Shown: positions 30,507-39,815 of the stretch, piece after piece
Layout of the letters: every line of letters begins with the position of its first letter
Numbering within the stretch: the first letter of the stretch is position 1
Assembly: GCA_965279525.1 (NCBI GenBank)
Contig: CBDIIB010000005.1
Location: 640,001-704,000, forward strand
Length of the DNA stretch: 64,000 bases
DNA from: Tagaea sp.
GTDB lineage: Bacteria > Pseudomonadota > Alphaproteobacteria > CACIAM-22H2
Reading direction: 5' to 3'
The notes under the pieces: model-generated
Databases searched by the model: none
What the model was told of the DNA's origin: nothing
Seen by the model: the letters and a program-made list of their open reading frames with translations, nothing else
Made by a program: the position numbers and the translations under genes

Positions 30507-31793
30507 TCAACTTCGCGGCATGCCGGCGGGTATCGCATCGAGGCCGTAGGTCTCGTTGCCGACGCCGGTAACAGTCGCGACGATCTTCCCGCTTTCGAGA
30601 TCGAGCAGCCAGACGAGGCTGCTGCGCGGCCCGGACTTCGCGCCGCCGACGACGCAGGCATAGCGTCCGCCGGCGATCGTGATGCCGCGCGGACGCGGCA
30701 GGGCGCCGTTCGGCGTCTGGGGATGGATGCGCAGCGCTTCCGCAGGACGGCCCGCGATCGCGTCGGCCACGTCGACCAGCGAAATCGTGTTCGAGCGGAA
30801 GCACGAAGCGACGACCCGCCGTCCGTCCGGGGTGAAGGCGACGGCAAAGGGCCTTGTCTGTTCGTTCGGATCGTCGCTGCCGACGCGCACGCGCGCGACT
30901 TCGGCATCCTTGCCGCCGGTGGCGGCGCGCGCGACGTCGATGATCGAGATCGTCCGGCCTTCGTAGGGGACCGACATGCTTTCGCGTGCGGCGACCGCGA
31001 CGAGCTTGCCGTCGGGGCTGGTCGCCAGACCGAACGGGCCCGTCTCGACGGGCACGCGGCAGATCTCGGCACCCGGATCGCCGGCCATCGCCGCCTTGAG
31101 ATCGACCACCGAAACGTCGCTGAGGCCGCCGTTGCCGACGAACGCGTATCCGCCGCCAAGCGGCGAAATGGCGATGCCCGTCGGATTCGGATAGCGGCCG
31201 AAGCTGGGATGCGGGCTGTCGTGCCGGCTCGGTCCCGGTGCCGGATGTCCCGGCGTCTCGCGCAGCGGGATGCGCCGCACGGGCTTTCGCGTCGCCACGT
31301 CGATCGCCGTGATCTCGTCGCCGCCGTCCTCGCTGCCATCCGCTTCGCCGCAATTGACGAGAAGCGTGCGGCCGTCCGGAACCAGGGCGCAGCCGACGGG
31401 GCCAGTCCGTCCGGTGGACACGAAGGCGGCCACCGCACCGAGCGTCCCGTCGTTGGCGGGATCGCGGGCCTTGGCGAGATCGACGACCGTGATCAGGCCC
31501 GGATGGCCGTGCTGGTAGCCGGCCGCCCCCTTCGGTGTCGCGGCACCCGAATGGTTGACGACGTAGGCGAAGCGTCCTTCACGGTCGACCACGATCGAGA
31601 CCGGCTGGCCGCTTGCCTTGGCGTCGGGCACGCCGTCGCCGTCCGTATCGACGTCAGGCGTCACGCGCGGACGCGATATCACGGCATTGTCCGTCCGGTC
31701 ATTCCCGGGCAGCAGCGCCTTGTCGACGTCGACGATCGCGACGTTGTCGTCCCAGCGGCCGCTGACAATCAGATGGCCCATGCGGTCGCTCAT
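30507..31793 (-). CDS. YncE/YVTN-like beta-propeller protein
   Basis: Repeated P.G.A.SPDG...(T)ISxID blades; GAGG RBS; no evident signal peptide. Confidence 0.75.
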   Translation of the reverse strand: MSDRMGHLIVSGRWDDNVAIVDVDKALLPGNDRTDNAVISRPRVTPDVDTDGDGVPDAKASGQPVSIVVDREGRFAYVVNHSGAATPKGAAGYQHGHPGLITVVDLAKARDPANDGTLGAVAAFVSTGRTGPVGCALVPDGRTLLVNCGEADGSEDGGDEITAIDVATRKPVRRIPLRETPGHPAPGPSRHDSPHPSFGRYPNPTGIAISPLGGGYAFVGNGGLSDVSVVDLKAAMAGDPGAEICRVPVETGPFGLATSPDGKLVAVAARESMSVPYEGRTISIIDVARAATGGKDAEVARVRVGSDDPNEQTRPFAVAFTPDGRRVVASCFRSNTISLVDVADAIAGRPAEALRIHPQTPNGALPRPRGITIAGGRYACVVGGAKSGPRSSLVWLLDLESGKIVATVTGVGNETYGLDAIPAGMPRS

Positions 31794-31905
31794 CGACGAC
31801 GATCCTCGAATTGTCTTTTGCGGAAGCCTATTGGGTCGCTCCGGATGGCGCAACAGCACATCGGCCGTTACACGTCGACCAATCGCGCGATTGGGCAGAC
31901 GCGCG

Positions 31906-32223
31906 TCACGTACCCAGCAGCTTCAGCCCGAGTACGCCGGCCAAGATCAAGCCGACGCACAGGATGCGCAGGACGTCGCTCGATTCGCCAAACAGCACGA
32001 GGCCGGCAATGAAGACGCCGGCGGTGCCCGCACCCGTCCAGATCGCGTACGCGGTCCCGAGCGGCAGGTCGCGCACGGCAAGGCCGAGGAAGACGACGCT
32101 CGCGACCATGCCGGCGACGGTCAGGCTCCAGACCACCGTACCCGGTGCCGTGGCCGCCTGCTTGAGCCCGATGGCCCAGCCGACTTCGAACAGTGCCGCA
32201 ATCGCGAGATAGAACCAGGCCAT
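31906..32223 (-). CDS. SMR/DMT family exporter (SugE/Gdx-like)
   Basis: MAWFYLAIAALFEVGWAIGLK, LPLGTAYAIWTG; 4 TM. Confidence 0.88.
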   Translation of the reverse strand: MAWFYLAIAALFEVGWAIGLKQAATAPGTVVWSLTVAGMVASVVFLGLAVRDLPLGTAYAIWTGAGTAGVFIAGLVLFGESSDVLRILCVGLILAGVLGLKLLGT

Positions 32224-32242
32224 GGCGCGCCCCTTCCGGCGT

Positions 32243-33094
32243 TCAGGAAACGGCCGGATCGAGCAGGACCGAGTCGAGAAAGCGCGAGATCCGCGCATGC
32301 CCGTCCTCGGAAAGCTCGACGAAGGCGCGTCTGCGGTCGCTCTGGTCGGGAACGCGATGGACGAGGCCGCGCGAGACCAGGTCGTCGATCCGCCGCAACG
32401 CCGTCGTCTGGGGAATCCCGGACGACAGGCACAGGTTCGATATCGAAACGCGCTGGCCGGTGATCTGGGAGTGATAGAGATCGAGCATCATGAACCAGAG
32501 GGGTTCGTCGAATTCCGCAGGCGGCAGATGCGCATCGCGCAGCTTGCGGATCGACATGAAGTGGTTCGCTTTGCGAAGCCGGTCGCCGGCTCCGGTCGCG
32601 GCCGGAGCCGGTGCTGCCTTGCCGCCGAGAATGAAGGATTTGAACTGCTCGACGATCTGCGCGAGATCCCGCGCGGCGGCACCGTCCAGCACGCGCCCTT
32701 CCATTTCCTGGCGGTAATCGTCGGCCGCCTTGCGCACGGCGGCAAGCAGCTCGGCGGCCTCGACCGGCTTGGCAAGGAACTCCACCGCACCGAGGCGCAG
32801 CGCTTCGACCGTGACCGCCACGTCCGCATAGCCGGTGCAGAAGATGATCCGGGCCATCCGGCCGCGATTGCCGATGGCGCGCAGCCCGCGCACGAACTCG
32901 ATCCCGGAACGGCGCGGCATCCGGATGTCCGTCACCACGACGCCGATCTTCGGATCCTCGGCGAAGATGTTGATGGCCGCGGTCACGTCGTGCGCCTCGA
33001 CGACGGCAAGACCGGTGCGCGCTATGAGCGTCGCGAGCTCGGCCGCGATTTCGGGTTCGTCGTCGACGATCAGGATTTTGGGCTGGTCTGGCAT
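32243..33094 (-). CDS. Response regulator, receiver plus C-terminal winged helix
   Basis: ILIVDDE, VTDIRMP, FLAKP; DEPLWFMMLDLY...TTALRRI...DRRRAFVELS wHTH. Confidence 0.88.
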   Translation of the reverse strand: MPDQPKILIVDDEPEIAAELATLIARTGLAVVEAHDVTAAINIFAEDPKIGVVVTDIRMPRRSGIEFVRGLRAIGNRGRMARIIFCTGYADVAVTVEALRLGAVEFLAKPVEAAELLAAVRKAADDYRQEMEGRVLDGAAARDLAQIVEQFKSFILGGKAAPAPAATGAGDRLRKANHFMSIRKLRDAHLPPAEFDEPLWFMMLDLYHSQITGQRVSISNLCLSSGIPQTTALRRIDDLVSRGLVHRVPDQSDRRRAFVELSEDGHARISRFLDSVLLDPAVS

Positions 33095-33134
33095 CAAGCG
33101 ACTCAATCGCGCCGTCCGAAGCGCTTGTCAACGG

Positions 33135-35297
33135 TCATTGGGCGGCCGCCCCGGCAAGCGCTCTCGACGCGCCCTTGTCGAGCAGGACCGTGAACTCGAC
33201 GATCGCTCCCCGGTCGGCATTGCGGATCGCGATCTCGCCGCCGAACGACTGCACGATGGTGCGGCAGATCGGAAGGCCGAGACCCGTCCCGCGCCCGACC
33301 GGCTTGGTCGTGAAATACGGCTCGAATGCCCGCGCCGACGCCTCGCCCGACAGGCCGGGCCCCGTATCCGACACCGTCACGCGGAAATGCGTGCCGTCGC
33401 CGAGTGCTGCGCCATCCACGACGATCTCGCCGCGGATTTCCGCTTCGTCCTTGCTGCCGCCGGAAACGATCGCGTCGCGCGCGTTCAGCAGCAGGTTGAC
33501 GGCCAGCTGCTCGAAGAGCAGACGGTCGCCCCGGACGAAATATGCGCCGGACACGCGGCTCGACACGCGCACGCCGTCGATCCGCAACTGGTCGGCGACG
33601 AACTCCTCGGCCGCGCGGATCGCTTCCGCGACGGCAAAACGGGCCGACGGATTGGCGCCGGCACCCGAGATATAGCGGCGCAGGCGGTCAAGAATGCCGG
33701 CGGCCCGCCCCACCTGCTGATCGATCCGGTCGAGCTTTCCGGAAACGTCGCCGGCAGAACCTGCCTGACCAAGCATCTGCCGGACATTCGAGCAGGCCAG
33801 ACCGATGACGTTGAGCGGCTGGTTGAGCTCGTGCACGATCGACGCGGCGATCTCGCCCAAGGAAGCGACTTTCTCGCTGCGGATTGCCGTCATTTCGCTG
33901 CGTCGGCGTGCCGTCACGTCGATGCCGACGCCGATGAAGGAGCGTGAACCCGCGACCGTCTTGTCGTCGGCGCTCCATATCCACAGGAACGAGCGCTGTT
34001 CGCCACGCGCATCGAGGAGATCCTGCTCGAACGAGACCGGTGCGGTTTCCGAAGCCCGGATGCGTTCGAGGAACAGTCCGGATGCGCCTTCCGTCGCGAA
34101 ACCGAGCATCGACCGGATGTGGGCGCCGCCGGCCGGCGCAGGGTCGGCGCCGGCAAACAGTTCGGCGCACCGTGTATTGGCGAAGTGCACGCGTCCGTCG
34201 CTCCCCACGGCGAGCAGCAACGCGTCGGATCTGTCGAGCAGGGCGCCGATGACGGCCATCCGTCGCGACAGCTCGCCCATGATGGTCCGCGACATGGCCG
34301 CTTCGTGCCGGCGCTTGAGCACGTGGACGATCGCGAGCGCGCTGAGACCTGTCAGCACGGTGCATATCCACGCGACTTTCCGAAGAAAATCGATCCCTTC
34401 CGATAGGATCGACGTTTCTCCGTGTACCGCGACGCCGACATAGACGACCAGGTCGTATTCCGGAAGCGTGCGGAAGGCGATGAACCGCTCGACGCCGTCG
34501 CTCTGGCCGATGCCACGGCCGGTCCCCGACCCTTCCTTCAGTATCCGGGCGAAAAACGGCGTGCCGGCATAGGAGCCTGCGACCGGCTGCACCGGACCCG
34601 AACGCAGCCGGATCGCGCCGTCGCGTCCGACAAGACTGATGACGTCCTGGTTGCGCACGCGCGTGCGCGAGATGAACCGGTCATAGTACTCGGCATCGAG
34701 GGATACGACGACGACACCCTGGAACGTCCCGTCCGGTCCGGCGATCCGGCGCGTCAACAGCAGCGACTCCCGGTTCGAGGTCCGCCTGACCACCGGAGTG
34801 CTGAGATGCGCCCGATCTCCGGACTGGCCCATGTGGAACTGCACATAGGTGCGGTCGCGGACATCGAGACCGACAGCAGTCTGGTCGCCCGTCGTCGCGG
34901 CGATCCGCCCTTCGGAATCGATGATCCAGTACTGGACCGCGATGGCGTTGCGCGCGTACTGGGTTTCGCGCCAACCGCGCAGGTCGACGCCCGTCCCGCT
35001 TCGCCGGTACACATCTCGCAACATCAACAAGTCCTGATCGAAATTCGTCAGCGTCTGCTCGACAAATTCTTCAACCAAGTCGGCGTAGATCTGCGCCTGG
35101 TTCTGCGACTGCTTCTCGCCCGTCGCCTCGATCTCCCGCGTTCCGGCGACGATGAAGAACCAGACAAATCCGATAAGCGTCAGCCACAGACCGACGACGA
35201 GGGAGTATTGCATCCACCCCGCCGACCGGGCGGCCGCCGCGCCCACGGCGGGTCGCGCGGTCAGCAAAGGCCAGATCGGAAGCCTGAAGGCTCGCAT
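33135..35297 (-). CDS. Cache-PAS sensor histidine kinase
   Basis: TM, Cache-like DVRDRTY, TM, PAS, HELNQPL, NLLLNARDA, FTTKPVGRGTGLGL; start uncertain. Confidence 0.88.
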   Translation of the reverse strand: MRAFRLPIWPLLTARPAVGAAAARSAGWMQYSLVVGLWLTLIGFVWFFIVAGTREIEATGEKQSQNQAQIYADLVEEFVEQTLTNFDQDLLMLRDVYRRSGTGVDLRGWRETQYARNAIAVQYWIIDSEGRIAATTGDQTAVGLDVRDRTYVQFHMGQSGDRAHLSTPVVRRTSNRESLLLTRRIAGPDGTFQGVVVVSLDAEYYDRFISRTRVRNQDVISLVGRDGAIRLRSGPVQPVAGSYAGTPFFARILKEGSGTGRGIGQSDGVERFIAFRTLPEYDLVVYVGVAVHGETSILSEGIDFLRKVAWICTVLTGLSALAIVHVLKRRHEAAMSRTIMGELSRRMAVIGALLDRSDALLLAVGSDGRVHFANTRCAELFAGADPAPAGGAHIRSMLGFATEGASGLFLERIRASETAPVSFEQDLLDARGEQRSFLWIWSADDKTVAGSRSFIGVGIDVTARRRSEMTAIRSEKVASLGEIAASIVHELNQPLNVIGLACSNVRQMLGQAGSAGDVSGKLDRIDQQVGRAAGILDRLRRYISGAGANPSARFAVAEAIRAAEEFVADQLRIDGVRVSSRVSGAYFVRGDRLLFEQLAVNLLLNARDAIVSGGSKDEAEIRGEIVVDGAALGDGTHFRVTVSDTGPGLSGEASARAFEPYFTTKPVGRGTGLGLPICRTIVQSFGGEIAIRNADRGAIVEFTVLLDKGASRALAGAAAQ

Positions 35298-35454
35298 GGG
35301 ATGAGGATGGCCGCCCCTTGCGTTCCGGACAACCGGATTCGCGCGTCTGTGCCCTTCCGCCGGCAAGGTTAGATTTGCTCACCGGCCGGACCAGATTAAC
35401 TCGTTTGCCGCCCGTCCCGTCGTGCGCGAACCTGCTTATCAGGAGGTACGAGGC

Positions 35455-35652
35455 ATGGCACAGATCCGGACATTTCCCCTACGGCAAGCATTTCGTCCCG
35501 ACCCCGAGCCGCCGCTGGCCGAACTGATCGACGATCCCGTCACCCAGGCGGTGATGCGGCGCGACGGCGTCACGCGCGAGGCGCTGGTCCGGATGCTCGA
35601 GTCCGCGCGAAGCCGGATCGCGACGCCACCGATGACGCGCTGCTGCGCCTAG
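35455..35652 (+). CDS. Small hypothetical protein (EPPLAELIDDPV...MRRDGV)
   Basis: AGGAGG RBS; motif recalled from small alphaproteobacterial proteins. Confidence 0.6.
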   Translation: MAQIRTFPLRQAFRPDPEPPLAELIDDPVTQAVMRRDGVTREALVRMLESARSRIATPPMTRCCA

Positions 35653-35658
35653 TCGCGT

Positions 35659-35907
35659 TCAGGCGCGATCGGAAGCGGCCGGCTCGACAAGTCGCGCCAC
35701 AAGCCGGCGTACGATCGGGCCGAAGACGAGGATCGCGGGAAACGCGGCCGCCCAGGAGATCATCCACGAGCCGAACCATCGTGCCGGCATGCCGGGCACG
35801 AAGCCGATCGCGAGGACTGTCGCGATCAGGCTGACGATCGACGTCATCATGAAGGTAAGGATCAGTCCGAACAGGACCGACGCCATCCGGTTCGGCAGGC
35901 GGCGCAT
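35659..35907 (-). CDS. DUF2798-like small membrane protein
   Basis: FMMTSIVS...WFGSWMISWAAAFP...PIVRRLV; 2 TM. Confidence 0.7.
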   Translation of the reverse strand: MRRLPNRMASVLFGLILTFMMTSIVSLIATVLAIGFVPGMPARWFGSWMISWAAAFPAILVFGPIVRRLVARLVEPAASDRA

Positions 35908-36090
35908 CGCGTGAATTCCGGCTTTTGTTCCGATTTCCGGACCGGCACTCGCTGCCGGCCCGGGCGATGAGATTGGCTCATTTCCCGGTGAATGGAAAGC
36001 ATCGCCGATGTACATCGCGACACTTTCGTTTGCGGTATACATCTTGCTTAATGTTCGTAAGCATTCGCTTCAACCGAACAGGAGGCCCCG

Positions 36091-36930
36091 ATGAAGTCCG
36101 CACGTGTTCTGCTTGGCGCATTGGCCGCGATCGCGTTGGCGATCCAGACCTCCGCCGCATTCGCCCAGACATGCCAGCCCGCCGTGACGCCGCCGCGCAT
36201 CGCGACCGCCGGCAAACTGGTGCTTTCGATCAATCCGGTTCTTCCGCCCATGCAGTTTGTCGACGAGCGCGGCGTGCTGCGCGGCCTGAACGTCGAGCTC
36301 GCCGACGAGATTTCCAAGCGCCTCTGCCTGACGCCGGAGCATATCCGCATCGATTTCCAGGCGATGGTCCCGGGCCTGCAGGCCGGGCGCTGGGACGTGA
36401 TCAACACCGGCATCTTCTGGACCGAAGAGCGCTCGAAGATCATGTATCTCGTGAATTACGGCAGCCAGGCCGTCAGCGTGCTGACCCCGAAGGGCAATCC
36501 GCAGAATGTGCGCGCGATCGACGATCTCGCGGGCAAGAGCATCGCGGTGGAAACCGGGACCTACGCCGAGCGCAAGCTGCGCGACTTCAACACCGACTTC
36601 CAGGCACGCGGCCTGAAACAGATGACCATCCGCACCTTCAACACCGGTGCGGAAGGCTATCAGGCGCTTGCAGCCGGGCAGGTCGATCTTTCCGGCAGCA
36701 TCGACATCACTGCCGCCGAGATAGCACAGCGCAGCGACATGGTCTGGGCGATCAAGGGCGTCGGGGGCGCTCCCATCGCCTTCGCGTTCCGCGACAAGGC
36801 GCTGGCCGATGCCTTCGCGGGCATCCTCAACGCGATGAAGGCGGACGGAACCTACGACCGGCTGATGGACAAGTACGGGTTCGCCAAGCACGCCGGACAG
36901 TTCCAGATCAACGGCCCCGGCCCGCAGTAG
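36091..36930 (+). CDS. Polar amino acid ABC transporter substrate-binding protein
   Basis: Signal peptide, PPMQF, PGLQAGRWD, MKADGTYDRLMDKY. Confidence 0.88.
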   Translation: MKSARVLLGALAAIALAIQTSAAFAQTCQPAVTPPRIATAGKLVLSINPVLPPMQFVDERGVLRGLNVELADEISKRLCLTPEHIRIDFQAMVPGLQAGRWDVINTGIFWTEERSKIMYLVNYGSQAVSVLTPKGNPQNVRAIDDLAGKSIAVETGTYAERKLRDFNTDFQARGLKQMTIRTFNTGAEGYQALAAGQVDLSGSIDITAAEIAQRSDMVWAIKGVGGAPIAFAFRDKALADAFAGILNAMKADGTYDRLMDKYGFAKHAGQFQINGPGPQ

Positions 36931-36934
36931 GCCG

Positions 36935-37633
36935 ATGCGCGGATTCGACTGGAACGCATTCTTCGGATATCTCCCGAACCTGTATCTCCTCGAAGGCGTC
37001 GTCACGACGGTCTGGCTGACCGTCGCGGCGATCGCCGGCGGGTTCTTCGTCGGGCTGGCGCTCGCACTTGCCGTCGCGTCCGGATTCCGGCCGGCAGTCA
37101 GTGCGGCGAACGCCTATGTCTGGATCTTCCGCGGCACGCCGCTCCTCATCCAGCTGATCATCATCTATACCGGCCTGCCGCGCCTCGGGCTCAAGTTCTC
37201 GGTGATCGAATCGGCGCTCATCGGCCTGATCCTCAACGAGGGCGCCTATCTTTCGGAAATCATCCGCGCCGGCTTCCTGTCGGTGCCCAAGGGCCAGCGG
37301 GAGGCGGCGCGTTCGCTCGGGCTGTCGCCGTGGCACACGCTGCGCTTCGTCACGATGCCGCAGGCCATGCGGCTGATCGTGCCGCCGCTGGGCAACAGCG
37401 TGAACAGCCTCCTGAAGGCGACGTCGATCACGTCCGTCATCTCGATGGAAGAGCTGCTGCGCCGCGGGCAGGTGCTGATCCAGCTGCGTTTCGAAGTGCT
37501 GGAGATCTTCAGCGTCTGTGCGTTCTACTATCTCGTGCTCACCTCGCTGTGGGACATCGTCCAGCGCCGGCTCGAGCGGAACTTCGGGCGCGCCTATGCC
37601 GAGACGCGCCCGCCGCAACGTGACCAGGCCTAG
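36935..37633 (+). CDS. Amino acid ABC transporter permease (HisM-like)
   Basis: FRGTPLLIQL, AYLSEIIRAG, GQREAARSLG, LLKATS. Confidence 0.92.
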   Translation: MRGFDWNAFFGYLPNLYLLEGVVTTVWLTVAAIAGGFFVGLALALAVASGFRPAVSAANAYVWIFRGTPLLIQLIIIYTGLPRLGLKFSVIESALIGLILNEGAYLSEIIRAGFLSVPKGQREAARSLGLSPWHTLRFVTMPQAMRLIVPPLGNSVNSLLKATSITSVISMEELLRRGQVLIQLRFEVLEIFSVCAFYYLVLTSLWDIVQRRLERNFGRAYAETRPPQRDQA

Positions 37634-37651
37634 AACCGGACCGGGAGCATC

Positions 37652-38809
37652 ATGAGCACGACACGACGCATCGAGAGCATCCCGCTTGGCGACACCGTTC
37701 CGGGCATGCGGCGCACGCTGAAGGTCCTGCGTTACGGCAAGCCGGGTGCCCGGCCCAAGGCCTATCTGCAGGCCGCGATCCACGCCTGCGAGATGACGGG
37801 CACCGTGGCACTCGCAGCACTTGCCGACCTGCTGGATGCGGCCGAAGCGAAGGGGCAGATCAAGGGCGAGATCGTCGTCCTGCCGATGTGCAATCCGATC
37901 GGCTATGGCCAGTTCCTTTTCGGCGAACAGTCCGGCCGCTTCGAGCACGGCGGACGGGACAATTTCAACCGCGGGCACTACGAGATCTCGGATGCGGTCG
38001 CGCAGGCGGTCGAAGGGAAACTCGGCGCCGACCCTGCCGCCAACGTCGCGACGATCCGGCGCGCGGCCCTCGACGTGATCGCCTCGATCCCGGTCATCAG
38101 CGACATGACGAGCTGGCGCACGAAGCTGCTCGCGATGGCGATCGACGCCGACCTCGCGTTCGACATCCATTCCGATCTCGACGCGGCCGTGTTCATGTAC
38201 GTGAACAAGGACGATTGGCCGGGTGCGACGGACGTGGCGGGCTTCCTCGGCTGCGCGGCGACGGTCCTGAACGCGCCCTATACCGCGTCGACCAACTTCT
38301 CGGGCGTGGTCGGCTCGCTTTGGCCGCGGCTGGCCGAGCGGTTCGGCCCCGCCATACCGGTCCCCAACGCGTGCACGGCCGTGCTGCTCGAACTTCGCGG
38401 CCGCCACAGCGTGTCGCACGAGCTGGCGCAGGCCGACGCGCGGCGGTTCTTCGCGCTCCTGCAGCATCGCGGCATGATCGCGGGCGATCCCGGGCCGATG
38501 CCCGCCCTGCTCGCACCGGCCACGCCGATCCTGGGCATGGACGTGGGCTATGCGCCGTTCGCGGGGCCTGCGGTCTACCATGTGCGGCCGGGTACCCGCG
38601 TGAGCGAGGGAACCGCGATCTGCGACGTCCTCGACCCGCTGGCCGAAACGCCGGAGGCCCGGTGTGCCACGCTGCGCGCGCGGACATCGGGCATGCTCTA
38701 TGCCCGGCCCATCGACGGAATGGTCGTCTATCCCGGTCAGGTCATGTTCCGGATCGCCGGCCCCGAGCCGCTGGCACACCGCATGGGAAGATCCTGGCTC
38801 GACGACTGA
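37652..38809 (+). CDS. Succinylglutamate desuccinylase/aspartoacylase (M14) family
   Basis: HACE, NPIG, NFNR, DIHSD, LELRG. Confidence 0.85.
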   Translation: MSTTRRIESIPLGDTVPGMRRTLKVLRYGKPGARPKAYLQAAIHACEMTGTVALAALADLLDAAEAKGQIKGEIVVLPMCNPIGYGQFLFGEQSGRFEHGGRDNFNRGHYEISDAVAQAVEGKLGADPAANVATIRRAALDVIASIPVISDMTSWRTKLLAMAIDADLAFDIHSDLDAAVFMYVNKDDWPGATDVAGFLGCAATVLNAPYTASTNFSGVVGSLWPRLAERFGPAIPVPNACTAVLLELRGRHSVSHELAQADARRFFALLQHRGMIAGDPGPMPALLAPATPILGMDVGYAPFAGPAVYHVRPGTRVSEGTAICDVLDPLAETPEARCATLRARTSGMLYARPIDGMVVYPGQVMFRIAGPEPLAHRMGRSWLDD

Positions 38810-38812
38810 AGC

Positions 38813-39805
38813 CTAGGGCCGGCGGAACCTAGCAAGCCGCAAGGCGGCGTCGGCGTTTACGGCATAATCCGGCATCTCGCCCCGGCCAAGCGATGCCACC
38901 TGCCGCACGGTGTCGAAGGCCTGATGCGAGACGGCCTGGGACGTCAACCCGCCGACATGCGGGGTGGCGATCACCTTGGGATGTGCCGCGACTTCCGGTG
39001 ACGGCATCTGGTCTGGCGCCATGCCGACATCGACGGCCGCGCCTGCGAGGTGGCCGGCGTCGAGGGAAGCGAGCAAGGCGGCTTCGTCGACAAGTTCGCC
39101 GCGGGCGAGATTGACGAAGAACGCGCCACGCCCCATCGCCGCAAATGCGGCGGCCCCCATCAGATTCCGGGTCTCCGGCAATGCCGGCGCCAGGCACACG
39201 ACGAACCGCGAGCGGCGCAGCAGCTCGGCCAGCTCGACGCGCTCGATGCCTTCGGGAACCGCGTCGGGATCGGGGTCGGCGGCAAGGACGGTCATGCCGA
39301 GCGTGCGCGCGATCGCACCCAGCCTGCGGCCGATGGCACCGCATCCCACGATGCCAAGCGTGGCGCCGGCAAGCTGGATGCCCATCCGGATGTCCGGCGC
39401 ACGGCCAGCCCGATATGCCGACACCGCCGCGCTGGTCCCGCGGCCGAGATCCACCATGCAGCCGATGGCGAGCTCCGCGACCGAATCGACGAATCCGGCC
39501 GAGGCACGCGTGACCAGCACGCCGGCAGCACTCGCCGCCACGACGTCGACATTGCGGATATCCATCGCGCAGCGCACGAAGGCGACCAGATGCGGCGAGC
39601 GGTCGAACAGCATCGCGGGAGCCGCTGTCTGACGGTCCGATACGATGACCTCGCAACCGCCGGCGATCTCGACCAGTGCCGCGGCCCCGAGCGGCTCTGC
39701 CGTCGGGTTGAGGCGGACGTCGCCCAACCGGCGCAACTCGGCAAGCGCCGCTTCGCCGTAGTAGCGGGTGCGCGCGTCCGGGGTATGGGTGAGCAGGATG
39801 CGCAA
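38813..39805 (-). CDS. D-2-hydroxyacid dehydrogenase family
   Basis: GIVGCGAIG, NLARGELVDE, TPHVGG; TTG start. Confidence 0.85.
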   Translation of the reverse strand: MRILLTHTPDARTRYYGEAALAELRRLGDVRLNPTAEPLGAAALVEIAGGCEVIVSDRQTAAPAMLFDRSPHLVAFVRCAMDIRNVDVVAASAAGVLVTRASAGFVDSVAELAIGCMVDLGRGTSAAVSAYRAGRAPDIRMGIQLAGATLGIVGCGAIGRRLGAIARTLGMTVLAADPDPDAVPEGIERVELAELLRRSRFVVCLAPALPETRNLMGAAAFAAMGRGAFFVNLARGELVDEAALLASLDAGHLAGAAVDVGMAPDQMPSPEVAAHPKVIATPHVGGLTSQAVSHQAFDTVRQVASLGRGEMPDYAVNADAALRLARFRRP

Positions 39806-39815
39806 CAGGAGGCCG

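Noticed and set aside
31879-31894. Perfect palindrome CCAATCGCGCGATTGG as a guanidine riboswitch or terminator
   Set aside because: Lies downstream of the SMR gene, lacks ACGR loops and a U-tract; function unassignable
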